DNA of 64,000 nt from Synergistales bacterium (GTDB lineage: Bacteria > Synergistota > Synergistia > Synergistales > JAFGMB01), in contig OY762654.1 in assembly GCA_963666205.1 (NCBI GenBank), positions 736,001 through 800,000 of the forward strand, given 5' to 3'. The first letter of the stretch is position 1, and every line of letters begins with the position of its first letter. A program made the position numbers and the translations under genes. This document shows positions 59,971 through 64,000 of this stretch, piece after piece. Under the pieces are notes generated by a model. The model had not been told where the DNA came from and made no database searches. It worked only from the letters and a program-made list of their open reading frames with translations.

Positions 59971-61260
59971 TCATAGATTCAGCAATTTCGGAATAATGGT
60001 CGTTATCGGTGGAAAGGTTATTATAACCAGCAGGACGAGCATTGCTACACCAATAAAGGGCCATATAACCTTAAAGACATCGCCAAGTTTTACCCTCCCG
60101 ACCGCCGCAACAATATAATTACATGCACCCATTGGAGGTGTGATAAGAGCAATCGTTACATTCAGGGTCATAACGATACCAAAATGCAGGGGGTCAATAC
60201 CTGCCTTTACAGCAAGAGGGGCAAATATCGGGGTCAGTAGAGTAAGGGTAGAGACTTCCTCCATGAACATTCCTACAGGAAAGATCACAGCACTCAGCAC
60301 TATCATCAATAGCCAGGGATTATGTATGAGTCCCGAACTTATGATAATGGACGCAAACTTCTGGGGTATCTGTTCCCACTTCAGTAACCACCCTATTACG
60401 GTAGCAGCCCCCATAATAAGGAATATGGAACTGGTAAGTCTTACAGTTTCATATATTGAATGACCAAGGTTTACAAGATCCAGTTTTTTGGTGTAGAAAA
60501 AACCTGCAACAAGACAATATGCAACTCCCAGGGCACCTGACTCGGTAGGAGTTACTATCCCCGTTACAATACCTCCAATTATTATAACTGGAGCGATAAG
60601 CGCAACTGCGGATCGGACAAGAATCTGCCTCGCCTGCTTGCGTACTTCACCAAAATCAGAGATGGGGACTTCATATTTACGGGAGTAATACCAGTTCATG
60701 CCCATAAAGGCAAGTCCAAGAACCAGTCCGGGAAGCATCCCTGCAGCAAACAGACCCCCTATGGATGTATTCGTCATAGTCGCATAGATGATCATGAAAA
60801 TACTGGGAGGAATTATAGGGCCGATAAGGGAACTGCTGGCTGTAAGACCCGCTGAATATGCAGGAGAGAATCCGTCCTTAACCATAGCTGGGATCAATAT
60901 TGATCCCAGGGCTGAAGCATCAGCCGCAGCAGAACCGTTCACTCCTGCAAGGATAATGCCGCCAACCACATTAACGTAACCCAGACCTCCCCTGACAGAA
61001 CCCACAAGAAGCCGGCTGAAATCGAGAAGCCGGTCGGTCAGGCCGGATCTGTTCATAAGGATACCCGCAAGTATGAAGAAGGGTATGGCCATAAGAGAAA
61101 AGATATCCATTCCTCCATAAAACTGCTGAGACATTATCCGCAAAAGAGACCAGTCGCCGAGATAGGCAATACCCGCAAAAGCCGCTGAAAGGAGAGAAAG
61201 ATAAAGGGGTACCCCTGCAACCATAAGCATGAAGAATAATACCAGCATTAAAAGAGCCAT
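59971..61260 (-). CDS. dctM: TRAP large permease
   Basis: AIPFFILAG, GSAAAD, IIPPSI, TPTESG, TPPMG. Confidence 0.93.
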   Translation of the reverse strand: MALLMLVLFFMLMVAGVPLYLSLLSAAFAGIAYLGDWSLLRIMSQQFYGGMDIFSLMAIPFFILAGILMNRSGLTDRLLDFSRLLVGSVRGGLGYVNVVGGIILAGVNGSAAADASALGSILIPAMVKDGFSPAYSAGLTASSSLIGPIIPPSIFMIIYATMTNTSIGGLFAAGMLPGLVLGLAFMGMNWYYSRKYEVPISDFGEVRKQARQILVRSAVALIAPVIIIGGIVTGIVTPTESGALGVAYCLVAGFFYTKKLDLVNLGHSIYETVRLTSSIFLIMGAATVIGWLLKWEQIPQKFASIIISSGLIHNPWLLMIVLSAVIFPVGMFMEEVSTLTLLTPIFAPLAVKAGIDPLHFGIVMTLNVTIALITPPMGACNYIVAAVGRVKLGDVFKVIWPFIGVAMLVLLVIITFPPITTIIPKLLNL

Positions 61261-61751
61261 TATTCTGATATCCCCGCTTTCCGTGATCTGAATTGCAGAA
61301 GAAGAAACATTACAAGGAGAAGGGCAAGACCTGCCGGAACAGACATGAGGGGTATGGTCTTGGGAATACCAAGAGCCATGGTCTTCATGTGCCAGATCTT
61401 AACTGCATTCATCAGACCGAGCCAGATCATAAGTCCAAGGATAAAGATAGAAAGAGCAAGTTTGAAATAATCTATTATTTTCTGTAACAGAGGAGGAAGT
61501 CTAGGAACAACAAAATCAATTACCATGTGATCACCATGATAATAGGCCCCTCCCGCAGCCATAAGTACAAGCCATACCAGGGAAAACCGTGCAACCTCCT
61601 CCGTCCAGATAATGGAACTTTTCAAAACATATCGGCAGAAGATGCCCAGCAGTATGTCCCCCACATTGATAACAAGGAGCGCCCCAGCGCTCCAGGCGCT
61701 GAGGCGTTCCAGTCTTCTGATCCAGAGATCGACAGCAGTCTTTTTACCCAT
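61260..61751 (-). CDS. dctQ: TRAP small permease
   Basis: IFCRYV...WTEEVAR...HMVID. Confidence 0.9.
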   Translation of the reverse strand: MGKKTAVDLWIRRLERLSAWSAGALLVINVGDILLGIFCRYVLKSSIIWTEEVARFSLVWLVLMAAGGAYYHGDHMVIDFVVPRLPPLLQKIIDYFKLALSIFILGLMIWLGLMNAVKIWHMKTMALGIPKTIPLMSVPAGLALLLVMFLLLQFRSRKAGISE

Positions 61752-61756
61752 ACCGG

Positions 61757-62812
61757 CTATTTGCCTTCTCCTGCCTTTTTGTTTGCGGTAACAGCACATT
61801 CCAGGGAAAGTTCAACCCAATCCTCGCCTACTTTATCCTTCAGCCACTCAAGATAGGCAGGCTGGCCCTGTTCTCTGAAGGCATTCATTTCATCCTTATT
61901 CGGAGAATATGCCAACATTCCGTTATCCACAAGGAACTGTATATCTTTAGAATCCTGAGTTTCCATGGTAGTCCTGTTTATGGCATTGGCCTTTCTCGAG
62001 GCGTCCCTGACAACCTCTTTCTGGGAATCCGTCAATGAATCCAGTACTGCACCGTTTATGACCAGGAACTGGTCTGAATACTGGATATTGGCAAGGGTTA
62101 GAAATTTCTGAACTTCAAAAAGGCTTCCCATCTTGATGTACATTGCCGGGTTCATCTGTCCATCAACAACTCCCGTTTTCAAAGCCATGTAAAGTTCTGT
62201 CCAGGGAATGGGGGTACCACTGGCTCCAAATGCTTTATACAGGGCTACCTGATCTTCTGCCATACCTCTGAATTTCAACCCTTTGAAATCAGCAGGAGAT
62301 CTTATCTCTTTCTTTGAATTCGTAAAGGCAAGGAATCCTCCTTCTTCAATAACCTCCAGAAGATATGCACCTGTTCTCTTATGGAATTCATCCTTTGCCT
62401 TTGCCATAAAGGCACTCTCGTCAAAGAAAATATGGGCAGCCTTGTAGCTGTTGAAAAGGAAAGGCACGTTCGTAGCATACATCTCGGGAAAAACAGGAGC
62501 TATTCCACCATATGAAGCGACATTTATGATAGGCTGGTTCATTCCCGACTCCATCAGCAATTCCATTCTCTCTTCTTCGTTGCCCAACTGACTGTCAGGG
62601 AAAAGTTTTATTTCAACTTCACCGCCTGTACCTTCTTCCACAAATTTCTTGAAATTACTTGCAAAAAGGTGTACAGCATTGTTCTCGGCATCGGCAGGAC
62701 CATTATAGGACATCTTGAGTTCCATAGGTGCTGCCCATACTGCCGCTGTGGAGATCGCAACCAGAAATACCACAAGACCTACCATAGAAACACTTTTCCT
62801 GAATAGCAACAT
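61757..62812 (-). CDS. dctP: TRAP solute-binding protein
   Basis: Signal peptide, FPDSQLGNE, DFKGLKFR, LYMALKTGVVDGQMNP. Confidence 0.93.
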   Translation of the reverse strand: MLLFRKSVSMVGLVVFLVAISTAAVWAAPMELKMSYNGPADAENNAVHLFASNFKKFVEEGTGGEVEIKLFPDSQLGNEEERMELLMESGMNQPIINVASYGGIAPVFPEMYATNVPFLFNSYKAAHIFFDESAFMAKAKDEFHKRTGAYLLEVIEEGGFLAFTNSKKEIRSPADFKGLKFRGMAEDQVALYKAFGASGTPIPWTELYMALKTGVVDGQMNPAMYIKMGSLFEVQKFLTLANIQYSDQFLVINGAVLDSLTDSQKEVVRDASRKANAINRTTMETQDSKDIQFLVDNGMLAYSPNKDEMNAFREQGQPAYLEWLKDKVGEDWVELSLECAVTANKKAGEGK

Positions 62813-63025
62813 ACATACCACTCCTTTCAATAATACCGGGCATTTTCTCTGATAATACCCGGTCCCCCCAAAAAAGAAATCAGCCAGGAATCTGGGAATA
62901 TCCTTCCTGAGTAATCCGGAATTAATTCTACTCTTTAAATACGAATCAATAAAGACCTCTTTACTGCAATATTACGATGGATAAACATACTAGAAGTACC
63001 TCCACCTGGAACAGGGAGAAATAAA

Positions 63026-63326
63026 ATGTATAAACAAACGGGAAATTACGGCGTTGTTGGAGATCTTCATAATCCAGCCCCTATTGGGTCCTCCCGGATT
63101 GGATCTATTGACTGATTCTGTCTCCCCCCTCTTCGATTCTCCATGTGTTCTCAGGGCAATCCCGGATGACCGGAAAGAGGGGAATGATCCTCTCTCCATC
63201 CCTTTGAAGACCAGGACTCATGCTTTTAAATATATAACTCAGAACAACATCCTGACAACAACTTTTCAGAAAGGATCCGGAACAGCTGGAATTATCGATT
63301 TCATATCCTTTTCTTACGGAGGATAA
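63026..63326 (+). pseudogene. 5' remnant of a GH15 (trehalase/glucoamylase-like) gene
   Basis: MYKQTGNYGVVGDLH...GSID*FCLP then, after a frameshift, FDSPCVL.AI.DD...NILTTTF...IIDF; TGA at 63113 replaces a conserved Trp. Confidence 0.78.
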
Positions 63327-63566
63327 CTGATCGTTGGGAAATATCCCCGAACTTCAAAAAAAGGTCACAGATTATTTTAAAAGAAAGAAATACCTTATAT
63401 GCCTGCTTGATACTCACGGGGCAGTGTATATATTCAACAAAATCAATGAGCTAAACAGGTTTTTTTCATATAACATTTTGGATCATATAATTAATTAAAC
63501 CTAAAAAAGGGAAAGGGCCAAAGCCCTTCCCCTCCAATCATGATCAAATTGCAAAGAACTTAAAGA

Positions 63567-63767
63567 CTAGAAATTCCCTAGAGAGAGTTCGCTCGTTCTT
63601 TTCTCTTCCCTGTTGAGTTCTACAAGCACCTTAATATACATGGCTTCCCATTCGGAACTGTTCATTTCCAGTGCCTTTTCCGAGGCTTCCAGAAATCTTT
63701 TCTGCCTTAGCAAATCTCTTATCTTTTCCATTCTGTTCAGCTCCTCCCTCATAAAAGAATCTCTCAC
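63567..63767 (-). CDS. Small hypothetical protein
   Basis: 66-aa charged helical ORF followed by a hairpin at about 63508-63533; start uncertain. Confidence 0.45.
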   Translation of the reverse strand: MRDSFMREELNRMEKIRDLLRQKRFLEASEKALEMNSSEWEAMYIKVLVELNREEKRTSELSLGNF

Positions 63768-64000
63768 CGATCATGTGTTCAGAACAGTAATACCTCCTGG
63801 AAATATTATGTTAGAGGAAAAGACTTCCGTGTCGCAATGATACAGAAGAAAGAAAAGTGTTCTTACCCAGAAGTAACATATAACCAGATCCCGATGTTTC
63901 GAGAAAGGCATTTTCCAAATTCACGTAAAAGGTGGTGGATTTTCAGTATACTTTCACACTTAACAGTATGAAATCGGGGAAAATCTGAATAGGTAAGTAA

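Noticed and set aside
2435-61856. Many 60-230 aa antisense or overlapping ORFs in the track
   Set aside because: They lie opposite or within well-supported genes and have no recognisable motifs.
63113-63115. In-frame TGA in the GH15 fragment as selenocysteine
   Set aside because: Aligns with a conserved Trp and is followed by a frameshift and truncation.

Overview
64 kb of bacterial chromosome from an anaerobic, amino-acid/organic-acid fermenter (gene content suggests Synergistota; this is inference). It is dense with catabolic islands and has no rRNA, tRNA, CRISPR or intact mobile element. Left to right: (1) partial otsA. (2) lplA next to a GntR-led operon: TRAP transporter, acetoin/pyruvate-dehydrogenase-like E1a/E1b, DUF296, two SDRs, Tdh, E2, E3. 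(3) A divergent split UxaA/SuyAB pair whose small subunit appears to start at CTG, and a second DUF296 gene. (4) A pdxA remnant. (5) A D-amino-acid island: DcyD-like lyase, Alr, IclR, TRAP, an Ile-2-epimerase-like fold-I racemase and OrtAB, without the rest of the ornithine pathway. (6) Housekeeping genes and a ferritin-like gene with a dead paralog. (7) An unannotated exported UxxC seleno-thioredoxin with a SECIS-like hairpin, followed by ccdA and a nitroreductase. (8) Two near-identical tandem Lys(AAA) T-box riboswitches ahead of a Thermotoga-like asd-dapA-dapB-dapH-lysC-aminotransferase operon. (9) umuC with a truncated, apparently catalytically dead UmuD'-like partner. (10) TRAP-ilvD-FadR, ddl, TRAP-vanX and a GH15 pseudogene. 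All family assignments come from motif recognition and recalled reference sequences; no searches were run.
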